Below are positions 1 through 10,344 of a stretch of 64,000 bases of DNA, piece after piece. The position numbers and the translations under genes are program-made. This stretch comes from Minisyncoccota bacterium (GTDB lineage Bacteria > Patescibacteriota > Minisyncoccia > Phycocordibacterales > Phycocordibacteraceae), in NCBI GenBank assembly GCA_041664265.1, contig JBAYLD010000001.1, positions 40,051-104,050 on the forward strand. The letters run 5' to 3'. Under the pieces are notes generated by a model. The model was given only the letters and a program-made list of their open reading frames with translations, had not been told where the DNA came from and made no database searches. Position 1 is the stretch's first letter. Each line of letters opens with the position of its first letter.

Positions 1-28
1 CCACTCCCCGTTCTTTTTCCTCGCATTC

Positions 29-916
29 GTGATGCTCACAGAACCCCTCACGATGCCGTCCACGCGTTTGGGAAGGCTGGCATTTGGAGCAATCATCGGC
101 TTCTTGTTCGCTCCGAACATCCACATCGGCTCGTTCTATTTCACACCAGAAATCGCGCTTCTCGTCGGTAATCTCTTCGCCTACTTCGTGAGCCCCGAGG
201 GTCGCTTCACCCTGACGCTGATAGGGAAAAATAAAATCGCCTCGGGCATGTACGATTTTGTGTTCAAGCCCGATTGGCTTTTTAACTTCTATCCGGGGCA
301 ATATCTCGAATGGACGATCCCGCACCGCTCCTCCGATAACCGCGGCAATCGCCGGTACTTCACGATTGCCTCATCGCCAACTGAAGAAGAGGTGCGCCTC
401 GGTGTGAAGTTTTACGAGCCGAAGAGCAGTTTTAAACAAGCACTCGACGGTCTGCAAATAGGTGATACTGTCTCTGTCTCGCAACTCACAGGAGACTTCG
501 TCCTCCCGAAGGATCCTGCACAAAAGCTCGTGTTTATCGCAGGCGGTATCGGCATCACGCCCTTCCGTAGTATGGTGCGCTATCTCGTGGATACAAACGA
601 TACACGTTCGATCGTGTTGCTGTATTCAAATAAATTCTCCTCCGAGATCGCATACAAAGAAACCTTTGACGAAGCTGCACAAAAGATCGGTATGAAAACA
701 GTGTACGTACTCACGGGCGAACCGCATCCTGTGCCCGGGACATACGCGGGGAGAATACATGAAGGGCTGATCGCGAACGAAATTCCTGATTATAAAGAGC
801 GCACGTTCTATATTTCCGGGCCCCCTGCCATGGTTTCAGCAACAGCGCGTGGCCTCCACACCATGGGCGTCTCTCGTTCCCGTATCAAGACCGACTACTT
901 CCCCGGTTTCGCGTAG
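29..916 (+). CDS. FAD/NAD(P)-binding oxidoreductase, ferredoxin-NADP-reductase-like domain. The gene may extend upstream of the window; the membrane part may be missing.
   Basis: FAD motif 'RYFTIASSP' and NAD(P)-binding 'VFIAGGIGITPF'. There is no in-frame stop between the window start and the first Met, and the N-terminus is hydrophobic. Confidence 0.6.
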   Translation: MMLTEPLTMPSTRLGRLAFGAIIGFLFAPNIHIGSFYFTPEIALLVGNLFAYFVSPEGRFTLTLIGKNKIASGMYDFVFKPDWLFNFYPGQYLEWTIPHRSSDNRGNRRYFTIASSPTEEEVRLGVKFYEPKSSFKQALDGLQIGDTVSVSQLTGDFVLPKDPAQKLVFIAGGIGITPFRSMVRYLVDTNDTRSIVLLYSNKFSSEIAYKETFDEAAQKIGMKTVYVLTGEPHPVPGTYAGRIHEGLIANEIPDYKERTFYISGPPAMVSATARGLHTMGVSRSRIKTDYFPGFA

Positions 917-1080
917 GTTTGATACATGCGCCAACGCGTGTGTCGATCTTAACCAAAACTCCACGAATCAATTGGTATGTTACCGGTAGCGCGTTGCAAA
1001 GCAAAAGAGGGATGCGCGAGGATATTTTACGAGCCGATCGCTAACATAGGAAAAACTATGATGCAGATCAACGCGTAGTT

Positions 1081-1127
1081 GGCCGGAGAAGCTGCACAGA
1101 GCTGCAGCTTCTCCGGCCCTTTTTATC
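1081..1127 (+). terminator. Perfect 16-bp inverted repeat hairpin followed by a T-tract; candidate rho-independent terminator or REP-like palindrome.
   Basis: ggccggagaagctgca-cagagc-tgcagcttctccggcc followed by cttttta. Lies in the 245-nt gap between the oxidoreductase gene and mltG. Confidence 0.4.
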
Positions 1128-1160
1128 CTAAGCAAATAAGTGATGGTATAGTGGAGCAAT

Positions 1161-2183
1161 ATGAGACGCGCGTTCGAGATATCAGGCATTATAGTGCTCG
1201 TCGGCATCGTCTCTGGGAGCGTTATTCTCTCATTTCCCGGGATAGTCGCTTGGCACGCACAGCAGGAGAAGCAGCAAACGGCTTCCACAATGCAAGAGCA
1301 ATTTCCTGTTACTGTCGACCCTAAAAACAAGACCATCATCGAAGACGTGGCGGTAAACGCATTCCTCGAGAGCCCCCATTCCCCGCTCCAAGCGGCGGCC
1401 ATAAACGCCGAGAATGCCGTATGGAGCGTGCTCGAATGGATCGCAAGCGCCATCGCCGAAGCTTCCTGGTACCAGAGCGTCGCTGCGGTAGCCGGCGTAG
1501 ACAGCCGCATCGTCACCATCACGCCGGGGATGCGGAAGGAGCAGGTGGCAAAGACGTTTGCAAAAACGCTTGCGTGGGACGCTGCTCAGGCGAAAGAGTT
1601 TACCACAGCGACCGCATCATCTTCACTCCCCTTACCCGAGGGCTCGTTTGTGCCGGGGACGTACCCGGTGAATAAAAAGATGACACCGCTTGCGGTACAA
1701 GCACTCGTGAACGAGCGATTTTCAGAAGAAATCCTCTCGCATTACGGTCCGGAGACCGCCGCGGTCGTACCGCTCGACCAAGCGCTCACGATCGCCTCGC
1801 TCCTCGAGCGCGAAGCGGGAGGGGCTGATGACATACGCATCATATCAGGCATCATTTGGAATCGACTCTTCATCGGCATGCGACTTCAGATAGATGCCAC
1901 GGTCCAATATGCAAAAGCGAATAACGCATCGGTAGCCAGCTGGTGGCCCAAGATCGCGCCCGGAGACATCTTCCGCAAATCGCCCTACAACACGTACCTA
2001 CACCCCGGACTGCCACCGACACCCATAGCCAACCCCTCGGTCGCCGCAGTGCTGGCCGCTCTGAATCCGAAGCAGACGCCCTGCCTCTTCTACTTCCACG
2101 ACAACGCGGGACAATTCCACTGCACCGAGACCTACCCCGAGCACGTCGCGCTCCTCAAAAAATATTTTGGCCGCGGGAAATAG
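1161..2183 (+). CDS. mltG: Endolytic murein transglycosylase MltG (YceG-like)
   Basis: N-terminal TM anchor and conserved C-terminal YceG-type motifs ('YNTYLHPGLPPTPIANPS', 'CLFYFHD'). Confidence 0.75.
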   Translation: MRRAFEISGIIVLVGIVSGSVILSFPGIVAWHAQQEKQQTASTMQEQFPVTVDPKNKTIIEDVAVNAFLESPHSPLQAAAINAENAVWSVLEWIASAIAEASWYQSVAAVAGVDSRIVTITPGMRKEQVAKTFAKTLAWDAAQAKEFTTATASSSLPLPEGSFVPGTYPVNKKMTPLAVQALVNERFSEEILSHYGPETAAVVPLDQALTIASLLEREAGGADDIRIISGIIWNRLFIGMRLQIDATVQYAKANNASVASWWPKIAPGDIFRKSPYNTYLHPGLPPTPIANPSVAAVLAALNPKQTPCLFYFHDNAGQFHCTETYPEHVALLKKYFGRGK

Positions 2184-2187
2184 ACAA

Positions 2188-2207
2188 CCCCGACGTTACC
2201 GTCGGGG
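2188..2207. terminator. GC hairpin between convergent mltG and pyrC; possible bidirectional terminator.
   Basis: ccccgacg-ttac-cgtcgggg sits 5 nt after the mltG stop and about 15 nt after the pyrC stop. The T-tract is weak. Confidence 0.35.
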
Positions 2208-2222
2208 CTGAGTGAAAGAACA

Positions 2223-3287
2223 TTAATCAACGAGTTTCCAACCGACATACTGCCCGACTCCGAAGGGTAACGCAGTTTGTGTACCTATCCGATAAGACCG
2301 CGGTACATACCATGATTCCCCTCGAACAAGCGTAAGCGTGCGTGACGATTCGGGTAAGAGGTAGAGCCTCCTCGCATTTCGGCTCGTGAAGTTCACGAAG
2401 GTCTGGATACCATTTTCAGTAGCGATAATTTTATCCAGAGCATGTGCGTACAGCGGCATCAGGAACGGGCCAGTGTACGCACCACAGGCACAGGTTCCCT
2501 CTTCTACCTGTTTTGCAGACTTGTCGTGGAAGGCTGAGTCACCGCCGGCCATGACCCACGAATAATCTTTGGCGACCAGATCAATCAGCCCGCGACGATC
2601 ATCTTCCGTCTTGACCGGCGGCTTGCACACTGAGCGAACATCACCAAAGGACAGATCTTCATTCGTCGCCAAATGGTGAGCGGTCAGAGTCAAAGCGAAT
2701 CTGCCGGTCAGAGCCATATTCTCCCAATGCGGGATGCACCGCGCATCAGTACCATGCTCCCAGATGATGATCGCATCGGTCTCTTCAAGGAAGATCCGTG
2801 CGATCGGCAAGAATGCGAACTCTGCATCGCGATTATTGAAGATCATAGAGGGATGTTCGGGATGAAAGTGAACTCTCATCCCAACTTTGCCGCAGTGTTT
2901 TACGATCGGGAGAATCCGCCCATAGTGCTTCACGCCGTAGAGCGCGTTGGTCGTCCGTAGGAATGGATATACCTTCCCGTCCCTGATTCCAGCCTTTACA
3001 CATTCATCAATGTCCTTCTTCGTGGTTTCTTCTGTGATCAGAACGGACGGGATGAACGAAACACCTTTCCCGGAGACGAAAAACTGCTGATGTCCCGCCT
3101 GTGTCAAACCGTTCACGTACTTGGATACCTCTTGTTCTGTTCGTAAGCCCTTTTTCGTGTTCGGCATAGCGCCGAGCACGTCCGCCCCACCCGCGATAGC
3201 ATTCACAATGAGCGGCGCGATCAACTCCCCTTCTCGCAAGTGCGTGTGCACATCTGCGAGAGCATCAACTTCGATCATTTGATTCAT
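2223..3287 (-). CDS. pyrC: Dihydroorotase (homodimeric type)
   Basis: 'DVHTHLREG' metal-binding HxH, 'DSAFHDKS...CACGAYTGP' matching the E. coli PyrC 'GTDSAPH...CGCAG' region. The ORF extends to 3326; the start at 3287 (MNQM) has a GGAG SD and fits behind the pyrD stop. Confidence 0.75.
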   Translation of the reverse strand: MNQMIEVDALADVHTHLREGELIAPLIVNAIAGGADVLGAMPNTKKGLRTEQEVSKYVNGLTQAGHQQFFVSGKGVSFIPSVLITEETTKKDIDECVKAGIRDGKVYPFLRTTNALYGVKHYGRILPIVKHCGKVGMRVHFHPEHPSMIFNNRDAEFAFLPIARIFLEETDAIIIWEHGTDARCIPHWENMALTGRFALTLTAHHLATNEDLSFGDVRSVCKPPVKTEDDRRGLIDLVAKDYSWVMAGGDSAFHDKSAKQVEEGTCACGAYTGPFLMPLYAHALDKIIATENGIQTFVNFTSRNARRLYLLPESSRTLTLVRGESWYVPRSYRIGTQTALPFGVGQYVGWKLVD

Positions 3288-4251
3288 GAGGCGTTTTCTC
3301 CTTTCTCTTTTTTTCTTCTGCTTCATACCGCTCGACGAACTTCGTCGGCTTGCAGGGGTTGGTAAACAGAGTCCGCCAGAACTCGCCCTTGGTGGGCAAA
3401 TGGATCGTGCCGAAGCTTACGGCTCCTGCACCAAGCATCTCTCTTACATAGTCGAGATTCTTAAATTCCATGATGTCCGGACAAATGACCGGAAGTGCCC
3501 CTTGTCGGGCCAGTTTACCGACAACCGGCCAATTCAGCAGTTGCGCCAGCTCGCCCGACACACCGCCCCCACCTCCTCCGACTCTCTTTTCGAGCCGCCA
3601 GAGGGGGCTTTTTGCTTGGCCGAAGATCACTTCCCACGGCACGCTGTTGAGGCTGATCGCCTCGGCGATACCTTTGAGACTTTCCGCTATCTTCTCGTAC
3701 GCCTGGACGACCGACACTTTGACGATGACCGGATGCCGCGTGACTGCCTTGACAGCCTTCACGCTGTCGATCACCTCATCAGCAGAAGGCATCCCGTGGC
3801 CTGTGTTCGGGCACGAGGGGTTAAGTTCGATCGCGGCCAGTCTCAATTGATTGAGGAATTCGGTCATGTACACCAGCTCTTTGGTCGTCCCATACAGCGA
3901 CACAATGATCGAATACCGATCGAAGTCTATCTTCGGCGCGACATTAAGCCACCACCATTTGAATCCTTTATTGGTGAGGCCGACTTTGTTGACCGCACCC
4001 CCAGTGATGAGCTTCATACAGCTCCATGGACTTATCAGGAGCCAAGTCAGTGGATTCCACCACTGAAAGTTTCCTCTCCGCGATTTAAGCGTTAAGGTCT
4101 TCAACACGACCTCGAATAACTCGGGCTTGATGAAGCCGAGCTTCACCAGCCACTTCTCCCAGGGCCAGCCCTTGCCGTCGAAGGCGAGGGCGCCGCTCGC
4201 GACCACATACCGCAGTACATGGCCGTTTGACAATGTTATTCCTTTCATCAC
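3265..4251 (-). CDS. pyrD: Dihydroorotate dehydrogenase (class 1-like)
   Basis: 'IELNPSCPNT' matches the DHOD catalytic-loop signature 'ELNLSCPNV'. A Gly-rich FMN-phosphate loop lies near the C-terminus. Adjacent to pyrC. Confidence 0.7.
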   Translation of the reverse strand: MMKGITLSNGHVLRYVVASGALAFDGKGWPWEKWLVKLGFIKPELFEVVLKTLTLKSRRGNFQWWNPLTWLLISPWSCMKLITGGAVNKVGLTNKGFKWWWLNVAPKIDFDRYSIIVSLYGTTKELVYMTEFLNQLRLAAIELNPSCPNTGHGMPSADEVIDSVKAVKAVTRHPVIVKVSVVQAYEKIAESLKGIAEAISLNSVPWEVIFGQAKSPLWRLEKRVGGGGGGVSGELAQLLNWPVVGKLARQGALPVICPDIMEFKNLDYVREMLGAGAVSFGTIHLPTKGEFWRTLFTNPCKPTKFVERYEAEEKKRKEKTPHESNDRS

Positions 4252-4359
4252 GAGACACCTCCTTTTCTTTGTTTTATTGTTGTATTTCTTTCAATACCTA
4301 TAAAGGGCATGTCGATTCTCTCGACTCCGTGGCAACCCTAACTGAAAAAAGGACAGAAA

Positions 4360-5862
4360 TCAAACTCCGGCACCGTACCGCTCTTTCAGGTACTCGATAA
4401 AATAACGGCTGTTCGGATATTCTCCCGTCGCCCGCTTCACCAGGTCGGCGACGCGATATCGCCTACCGTGGCGATAAATGTTTTCCCGAAGCCATTCGCG
4501 CGGCGTCGCAAAGTCGCCTGCCGCTATTTTTTCAGACAAATCGGGAACGGCTCGCTGCATGGCGGTGTAGAACTGGGCAGCATAGAGCGTACCAAGCGTA
4601 TACGCGGGGAAGTTGCCGATATCCCCGACCGCCCAATGCATATCCTGCAAGACGCCGAGCCGATCATTCGGAACACTGATACCGAGATATTTTTTCATCT
4701 TGGCGTTCCAGATCGCAGGCAAGTCCTCAAGAGGGAGCGTCCCCTCGATCATCTCCTTCTCAATCTCGAAACGAAGGATGACGTGGAGATTATAGGTTAC
4801 TTCGTCTGCCTCGGTGCGAATAAGAGACGGCTCGACCCTGTTGATGATCCGCATAAATTCACTAAGGGGAATTTTCTTGAACGGCTCTGGGAATTCTTTC
4901 CGGATCTTCGGGTAAAAATACTTCCAAAATGCCGTGCTTCTGCCGATATTATTCTCCCAGAGCCGCGACTGCGACTCATGGATGCTTGCAAATGACGACT
5001 CCCCGAGCGGCGTGCCGAAGTGCCGGAGAGGCAATCCTTGTTCATAGAGCCCGTGGCCGGTCTCGTGAATCGTCGAGCCGAGCGCATACATGAGATCATC
5101 TTCTCGCATCCGCGTCGTGATGCGGACATCCTGCGTATGGAAGGACGCGGTAAACGGATGCGGGCTCTGGTCCAGCCGCCCTGCGGCATAATCGAAGCCC
5201 ATCTGCTCAGAGACAAATCGGTTGAACGCCAACTGTTGGTCGAGCGGGAACGCACCGAGGATACGCGCCGGGTCGACTTTGTCACCGGAGCGCACGAGCG
5301 CACCGATAAAAGGGACGAGGAACTGTTTTAGATCACTGAACAAAGCTTCAATACTTTGAACGGTCGAGCCCGGCTCATACTCGTCGATTAACGCGTCGTA
5401 GGGGGAATCATTGAAGCCGACGAGTCCTGCTTCTTCACGCTTCAGATCCACAATCTTCTTCAACCAGGGGAGAAACATGCCGAAATCGCTCTCCTCCCGC
5501 GCGCGCACCCAAGCGGCATAGGCTCTCGACGTTGTTTCTGACATCTGTGCGACAAACGCTTCCGATAGTTTCTTCTGGCGTGCATAGGTACGCCACGTCT
5601 CGGTAACAATCGCTGCGTTCCCTCCCGAGAGTTTTTTCGCATCGACTTGTTTCTTCAGCTTCGAGAGCAGCCGGTCATCATCGATCGCGGACAGCTTCTG
5701 ATGCGTGATGCCGTTGATGCATGCGAGTGCGTTCGCGCGCGCTTCGACCCCCTTCCTCGGCAGATACACTTCTTGATCCCAACTTAATACATCGCCGACC
5801 GAAGCAAGACGCGCAATCTCGATGAGGCGCTTTTTTAAGATCTTGAGAGAATCTGCCGCCAT
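4360..5862 (-). CDS. M32-family carboxypeptidase (carboxypeptidase Taq-like)
   Basis: 'HETGHGLYEQG' HExxH zinc motif typical of M32. Length about 500 aa. Confidence 0.75.
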   Translation of the reverse strand: MAADSLKILKKRLIEIARLASVGDVLSWDQEVYLPRKGVEARANALACINGITHQKLSAIDDDRLLSKLKKQVDAKKLSGGNAAIVTETWRTYARQKKLSEAFVAQMSETTSRAYAAWVRAREESDFGMFLPWLKKIVDLKREEAGLVGFNDSPYDALIDEYEPGSTVQSIEALFSDLKQFLVPFIGALVRSGDKVDPARILGAFPLDQQLAFNRFVSEQMGFDYAAGRLDQSPHPFTASFHTQDVRITTRMREDDLMYALGSTIHETGHGLYEQGLPLRHFGTPLGESSFASIHESQSRLWENNIGRSTAFWKYFYPKIRKEFPEPFKKIPLSEFMRIINRVEPSLIRTEADEVTYNLHVILRFEIEKEMIEGTLPLEDLPAIWNAKMKKYLGISVPNDRLGVLQDMHWAVGDIGNFPAYTLGTLYAAQFYTAMQRAVPDLSEKIAAGDFATPREWLRENIYRHGRRYRVADLVKRATGEYPNSRYFIEYLKERYGAGV

Positions 5863-5872
5863 ATACTTATTC

Positions 5873-7342
5873 TTATTTCCCTAAATCAAGGATGTCGTCA
5901 ATGCGGATCTGTGCGACGAACTCGGGCACATGCGAGACAAGGATCATCGCGCCTGCATACTGGTCGAGCGCCTTGGCGATAACGGGTAGATGGCGGAAGT
6001 TAATATGGTTTGTCGGCTCATCGAGAATAAGGAGGCCTGGCCGCTCTAAGACGAGGGAGGCAAAGGCGACCAGACCCTTCTGCCCTTCAGAGAGGCTCCC
6101 GATCTTCGTCTGCATAACTTCTGCAGTGAGCAAGAAGCCCGCAGCCGTCGCGCGGAGTTTCTGCTCATCGGGTTGCCCCATCGCCTTTATGAGTGCAGCG
6201 AACACGGTTTGGTCGAAATCAAGAGTGGAAAAATCTTGGCGATAGTAGCCGATCTTCACTCCTTCGGTTATGTGCGCACCTTCTGGCGAGCCGAGGACAA
6301 GCCGTTCGAGCAAGGTGCTTTTGCCGATGCCGTTTGGTCCCCGCAAAAGCAAATGCTGATTTTTCCGTAGCGAGATATTCGCCTTTTTCTTCACCGGCTT
6401 TTTGCCACCATGCAAGGTGTACGAAGACAGCGCCAGGACCACACCGCCCAAATCCGGCTGTGCGGGAATCGTGAACGGCCGGATAGTCTTATCCTCTTTG
6501 CGCACCTCCACCTTCTCTTCTTCCATTTCCTCTACCTCGGTGCGCATCTTCTTCGCGACGAGGCGCATCTTGCCACCCTTCTGCGCAAAGAAGTTCGCCT
6601 TGTCCTTGTTCTCCTGGATCTTCTTTGCGAGCTGTGCGTTCTTCTTGTTCTCCCGATCAATGCGCGCCACGATGTCGCGCTGCACATCGTTATAATTCCC
6701 GTTGTACTGCTCAACCTTGCGCGTGAAGACATCGAGGTAGAGCACGCCGGTGGTGAATGCGTTCAAAAATTGCGCATCGTGCGAGATAACAATACAGGTC
6801 CCCGTATAGTCGACCAAAAACTTTGTGAGATGTGCGATGCCGGCGGCATCGAGATTATTCGTCGGCTCATCCAAGAGAAGCAGATCGGGATTCTGGATAA
6901 GCGCCGAGGCGAGCAAGAGGCGCGCCTGCTGGCCGCCTGAGAAGCTGCTCATGACCCGCTCATGCAGCTTCTCATGCTGCTCTAGATTCACCACCTCAAG
7001 CACGGCATCAATCTTTGGATCAATATCATAGACTGGCTTGTCGAAACATTTTTGGAAAAATTCGCGCACTGTGAGCCCGAGCGCCGCGCGCGGAACCACC
7101 TGCGGCGCGGTCGCTATCGTCACACCGCGCGAGACGTGTATCTCGCCGCTTTCAGGCCGCAACGTCCCTGCCATCAAAGCGAAGAGAGTCGACTTCCCCG
7201 CGCCGTTTTGGCCCATGACCGCCATCTTCATCCCCCGGCGCACAGGGAAATCAACCTCATCGAGAATCGGCTTGTTGTGCCCATAGTCAAACGAAACTTT
7301 CTCAAAGCGCAGGACGCTCTCTTCTCGGCTCATGAAAGCCAC
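5873..7342 (-). CDS. ABC-F family ATPase (two ABC domains, no TM domain)
   Basis: Two Walker A motifs (GQNGAGKST, GPNGIGKST) and two ABC signatures (LSGGQQ, LSEGQK) joined by a charged linker. Confidence 0.8.
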   Translation of the reverse strand: MAFMSREESVLRFEKVSFDYGHNKPILDEVDFPVRRGMKMAVMGQNGAGKSTLFALMAGTLRPESGEIHVSRGVTIATAPQVVPRAALGLTVREFFQKCFDKPVYDIDPKIDAVLEVVNLEQHEKLHERVMSSFSGGQQARLLLASALIQNPDLLLLDEPTNNLDAAGIAHLTKFLVDYTGTCIVISHDAQFLNAFTTGVLYLDVFTRKVEQYNGNYNDVQRDIVARIDRENKKNAQLAKKIQENKDKANFFAQKGGKMRLVAKKMRTEVEEMEEEKVEVRKEDKTIRPFTIPAQPDLGGVVLALSSYTLHGGKKPVKKKANISLRKNQHLLLRGPNGIGKSTLLERLVLGSPEGAHITEGVKIGYYRQDFSTLDFDQTVFAALIKAMGQPDEQKLRATAAGFLLTAEVMQTKIGSLSEGQKGLVAFASLVLERPGLLILDEPTNHINFRHLPVIAKALDQYAGAMILVSHVPEFVAQIRIDDILDLGK

Positions 7343-7391
7343 AGTAGCTTACTTTTCGCCAAAATGGAAAATTCCTAAACAGAAGCGGGAT

Positions 7392-8435
7392 TCATTCCTG
7401 GCGCGAAACGTCAGCATAAATCGAGAGAAGCGCAAAAAAGAGGCTCAGCGACAGCGGGCCGAGGAAGACACCCGAGGGGCCGAAGAATACGAGCCCGCCG
7501 AGAACCGAGAGCAGCACGAGCAGCGGATGAAGTTTCATTTTACTTCCGATAAGTTTGGGACCCAAGAGATTGTCGATAAGCCCGACGCCAAGGGCACCCC
7601 ACACAAGAAGTCCCAGTGCCGAGACGGTCGACCCGGTGATGAAGAGGAACGCGACGACGGGGATAAAAACGAGCGCTGTCCCTATACCAGGGATAAGCGC
7701 GGCGACTGCGGTGACCGTTCCCCAGAGGATGGCGTTCGGCACCCCGAAGAGCGTGAAGCCGATCGTCGTGAGGACTCCCTGCACCAAGGCGACCACGAGA
7801 CTCCCCTTTATAACCGAATTAACCGCGAGTTCGAGCCGATCGAAGATCCCCGCGTCTTCACTATCATTCAAAGGAGAGAGTTCGATAAGCATCTGTCGCA
7901 CGCGCTTCCCGTCGCGCAGGAGATAATACAGGGCGATGAAAAAAATAAAGAAAGAGAGGAGGAGCTGGGAAACGCTTGAGAAGATTTCTCCTGCATGCCC
8001 CGTGATCCACTGCAGCACTTCTTTTGCATACGTGTCGATATCCACCGAGACGTCGCGAGAAAATTCTTCAAGTCCCGGGATGCTCCCGCCAAAAAGCTCA
8101 TCGACGCGGAGGAACGTCTGTGAGACAGCGCTTTGCCCACCCCCCGCTTCGATCGAGGCATACAAGTCGCGCGCCTCGTTCCCGACCAACACACCGACAA
8201 CAGAGATCGGAATAAGTATAAGCAAAACACTGAGAGCAATAGTAAGGAGCGCCGAGGCGCTCGGCCAGCCGCCGAGCAGTTTAGAAACTCTGCTATAGAG
8301 CCCTTGGAGCACGACCGCGAACACCGAAGCGAGAGCCAAAGGCTTCAAAAATGGCCAGAAAATCGCGGTCGCAAGGGCAAGCGCCCCACTGAGGAAAAGC
8401 ACCAAGAAATACGGTCGAAGTTTCTGGCTCTGCAT
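7392..8435 (-). CDS. AI-2E family transporter (PerM/UPF0118-like)
   Basis: Polytopic membrane protein of about 350 aa with an AI-2E-like helix arrangement and Gly-rich C-terminal helices. Confidence 0.6.
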   Translation of the reverse strand: MQSQKLRPYFLVLFLSGALALATAIFWPFLKPLALASVFAVVLQGLYSRVSKLLGGWPSASALLTIALSVLLILIPISVVGVLVGNEARDLYASIEAGGGQSAVSQTFLRVDELFGGSIPGLEEFSRDVSVDIDTYAKEVLQWITGHAGEIFSSVSQLLLSFFIFFIALYYLLRDGKRVRQMLIELSPLNDSEDAGIFDRLELAVNSVIKGSLVVALVQGVLTTIGFTLFGVPNAILWGTVTAVAALIPGIGTALVFIPVVAFLFITGSTVSALGLLVWGALGVGLIDNLLGPKLIGSKMKLHPLLVLLSVLGGLVFFGPSGVFLGPLSLSLFFALLSIYADVSRQE

Positions 8436-8526
8436 ATAAGAGTTAAGTATAGCAGAAATCTGATAGCTTCGATTGGGGATGCGCTTGCTTCGACGACCGC
8501 CCGGTTTTCATGATAAAATCTAGGGC

Positions 8527-10203
8527 GTGGACAACGTCTTTCTCCAGATAAGCATTCTTCTCGCACTAACAACGGTAGTCGCTTTTTTTGTGCGTCTCCT
8601 GAAACAGCCCCTCATAATCGGCTATATCATAGCGGGTATCATTGCGGGACCGCTCTTTTTCAACATCGTGCACGGCGGGAAGGAGATGTATGACGCGTTC
8701 GCTCAGTTCGGTGTCATCCTCCTGCTGTTCGTCATCGGACTGAATCTGAATTTAAATCACCTCAAAGAGATAGGCAGAGCATCTTTTATCACCGGTATCG
8801 GACAGATCGCCTTCACAATCGTTTTCGGCTCGGCCATCCTGTTGTGGCTCGATTTTTCTCTATGGACTTCACTATTCCTTGCTGGGGCGATCACGTTCTC
8901 AAGCACGATTATCATCATGAAGCTCCTGTCGGAGAAGAAGGACACCGAGACCGTATACGGCAGACACACCATCGGATTGATGATTGTACAGGATCTCATC
9001 GCCGTGGCGATGATCGTCGCGCTCGGGCTGCTGCGTACCGGCTCCAGCATCTCGGGCGAGCTTGCGCTCCTCGCTTTGAAGGTCGCTCTCCTCTCGATCG
9101 CCGTCGTCCTGTGCTCACGCTACATTCTGCCCGGCTTCTTGAGGAGAATATCGCATTCAAGCGAGATGCTCTTTCTCTTCACGGTCGCCTGGTGTTTCGG
9201 CGTGGCGAGCGCTTTTTTTGCCGCCGGTCTCTCCATCGAGATAGGAGCCATTGTAGCCGGGGTGTCACTGGCTTCTTCGCCCTTCAAGCTTGAGATCGGG
9301 AGCCGCATCCGGGCTTTGCGCGATTTCTTCCTGGTGCTGTTCTTTATAGTCCTCGGGACGCAAATGGGCATGAGCCCCCTCTCGGATATCTGGCTGCCAA
9401 GCATTGTGCTCTCCTTGTTTATCCTTATCGGCAACCCGCTCATACTGTATGTCCTGTTCCGCTTGCTTAAATTCACGAGGAGGAACAGTTTCCTCGCCGG
9501 GCTCACCGCGGCCCAAGTGAGCGAATTCGGTTTTGTCCTTCTCTATGCGGGGGCGAATCTCGGTTTCGTCTCAGGACGGGAACTCTCCATCTTTACGATG
9601 GTCGCGCTCCTGACCATCTTCACCTCTTCATATCTCATACTCTACAACGAGCGCATATACCGCTTCTTGCTCCCGTGGTTCAACCTGTTCGGCGCTGATC
9701 GCCATCGCCAGGCAGAAAAAGTCTCCGAGATGTTTGACGTCTGGATCGTCGGGTATCACCGCATCGGTAGGTACGTCGCCGAATCATTGCATGAAGCGGG
9801 CTTGAAAATCGCCGTGGTTGATTACGATCCGGATGCGACACGCCGTATACACGACAAGCACATCTCCCTATTCTTCGGCGACGCATCAGATCTCGAGTTC
9901 ATAGAGAACCTCCCGCTCGCACAAGCGAAGCTTGTGGTACTCACCATACCGGCGCTGGACGACCAGCTGACGGTGCTGCAGCACATGCGCCAATCGCGCT
10001 CGGGAACATTCATCGTCGCGAACGCATACCAGTATGCAGAAATAAAGGAGCTGTACGCAGCAGGGGCAGACTACGTCATGATGCCGCATCTTGTCGGCGG
10101 CAACTGGATAGCTGGCGTCCTGAAGAAGGGCGAATGGACGATGGACGCCTTTACGCAGTTGCGCGATGAGCAGGCCGAGATGCTTGCACCCGGCTCAAAA
10201 TAA
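8527..10203 (+). CDS. CPA2 cation:proton antiporter with C-terminal RCK/TrkA-N domain (KefB-like)
   Basis: About 380-aa polytopic antiporter domain followed by a Rossmann 'VWIVGYHRIGRYVAESL' RCK domain. Confidence 0.75.
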   Translation: MDNVFLQISILLALTTVVAFFVRLLKQPLIIGYIIAGIIAGPLFFNIVHGGKEMYDAFAQFGVILLLFVIGLNLNLNHLKEIGRASFITGIGQIAFTIVFGSAILLWLDFSLWTSLFLAGAITFSSTIIIMKLLSEKKDTETVYGRHTIGLMIVQDLIAVAMIVALGLLRTGSSISGELALLALKVALLSIAVVLCSRYILPGFLRRISHSSEMLFLFTVAWCFGVASAFFAAGLSIEIGAIVAGVSLASSPFKLEIGSRIRALRDFFLVLFFIVLGTQMGMSPLSDIWLPSIVLSLFILIGNPLILYVLFRLLKFTRRNSFLAGLTAAQVSEFGFVLLYAGANLGFVSGRELSIFTMVALLTIFTSSYLILYNERIYRFLLPWFNLFGADRHRQAEKVSEMFDVWIVGYHRIGRYVAESLHEAGLKIAVVDYDPDATRRIHDKHISLFFGDASDLEFIENLPLAQAKLVVLTIPALDDQLTVLQHMRQSRSGTFIVANAYQYAEIKELYAAGADYVMMPHLVGGNWIAGVLKKGEWTMDAFTQLRDEQAEMLAPGSK

Positions 10204-10273
10204 GGCGGCTTCTGAGGCGTCGCCTTAGGAGTTATATTGAATAAACGTGCTCGATATCGTATTGTTTCCCTAT

Positions 10274-10344
10274 TGCGGGTTCGTCTAATGGTAGGACACA
10301 TCCCTCTGGAGGATGGTATTGGGGTTCGAGTCCCTGACCCGCAG
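10274..10344 (+). tRNA. tRNA-Gln (anticodon CUG)
   Basis: Cloverleaf drawn by hand: acceptor TGCGGGT/ACCCGCA, anticodon stem CATCC/GGATG with loop CTCTGGA, T-loop TTCGAGT. No CCA encoded. Confidence 0.65.

Noticed and set aside
980-1675. ORFs 980-1522 (-), 1079-1324 (+) and 1421-1675 (+) overlapping the start of mltG
   Set aside because: They overlap the hairpin palindrome and the well-supported mltG frame. Both palindrome-spanning ORFs encode mirror-image peptides (AGEAA.SCSFSG), the signature of translating a palindrome, not genes.
3286-7031. Numerous long antisense or overlapping ORFs (3286-4095 +, 3470-3850 +, 4468-4995 +, 4797-5303 -, 6410-6940 +, 6532-6732 - and others) across the pyrD, M32 carboxypeptidase and ABC-F ATPase genes
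   Set aside because: They are Arg/Ser/Pro-rich, lack motifs and lie opposite well-supported genes in GC-rich DNA. These are stop-codon-poor antisense artefacts.
8436-8526. Looked for divergent promoters between the AI-2E transporter and the antiporter genes
   Set aside because: No convincing -35/-10 pair at proper spacing could be read, so it was left unannotated.
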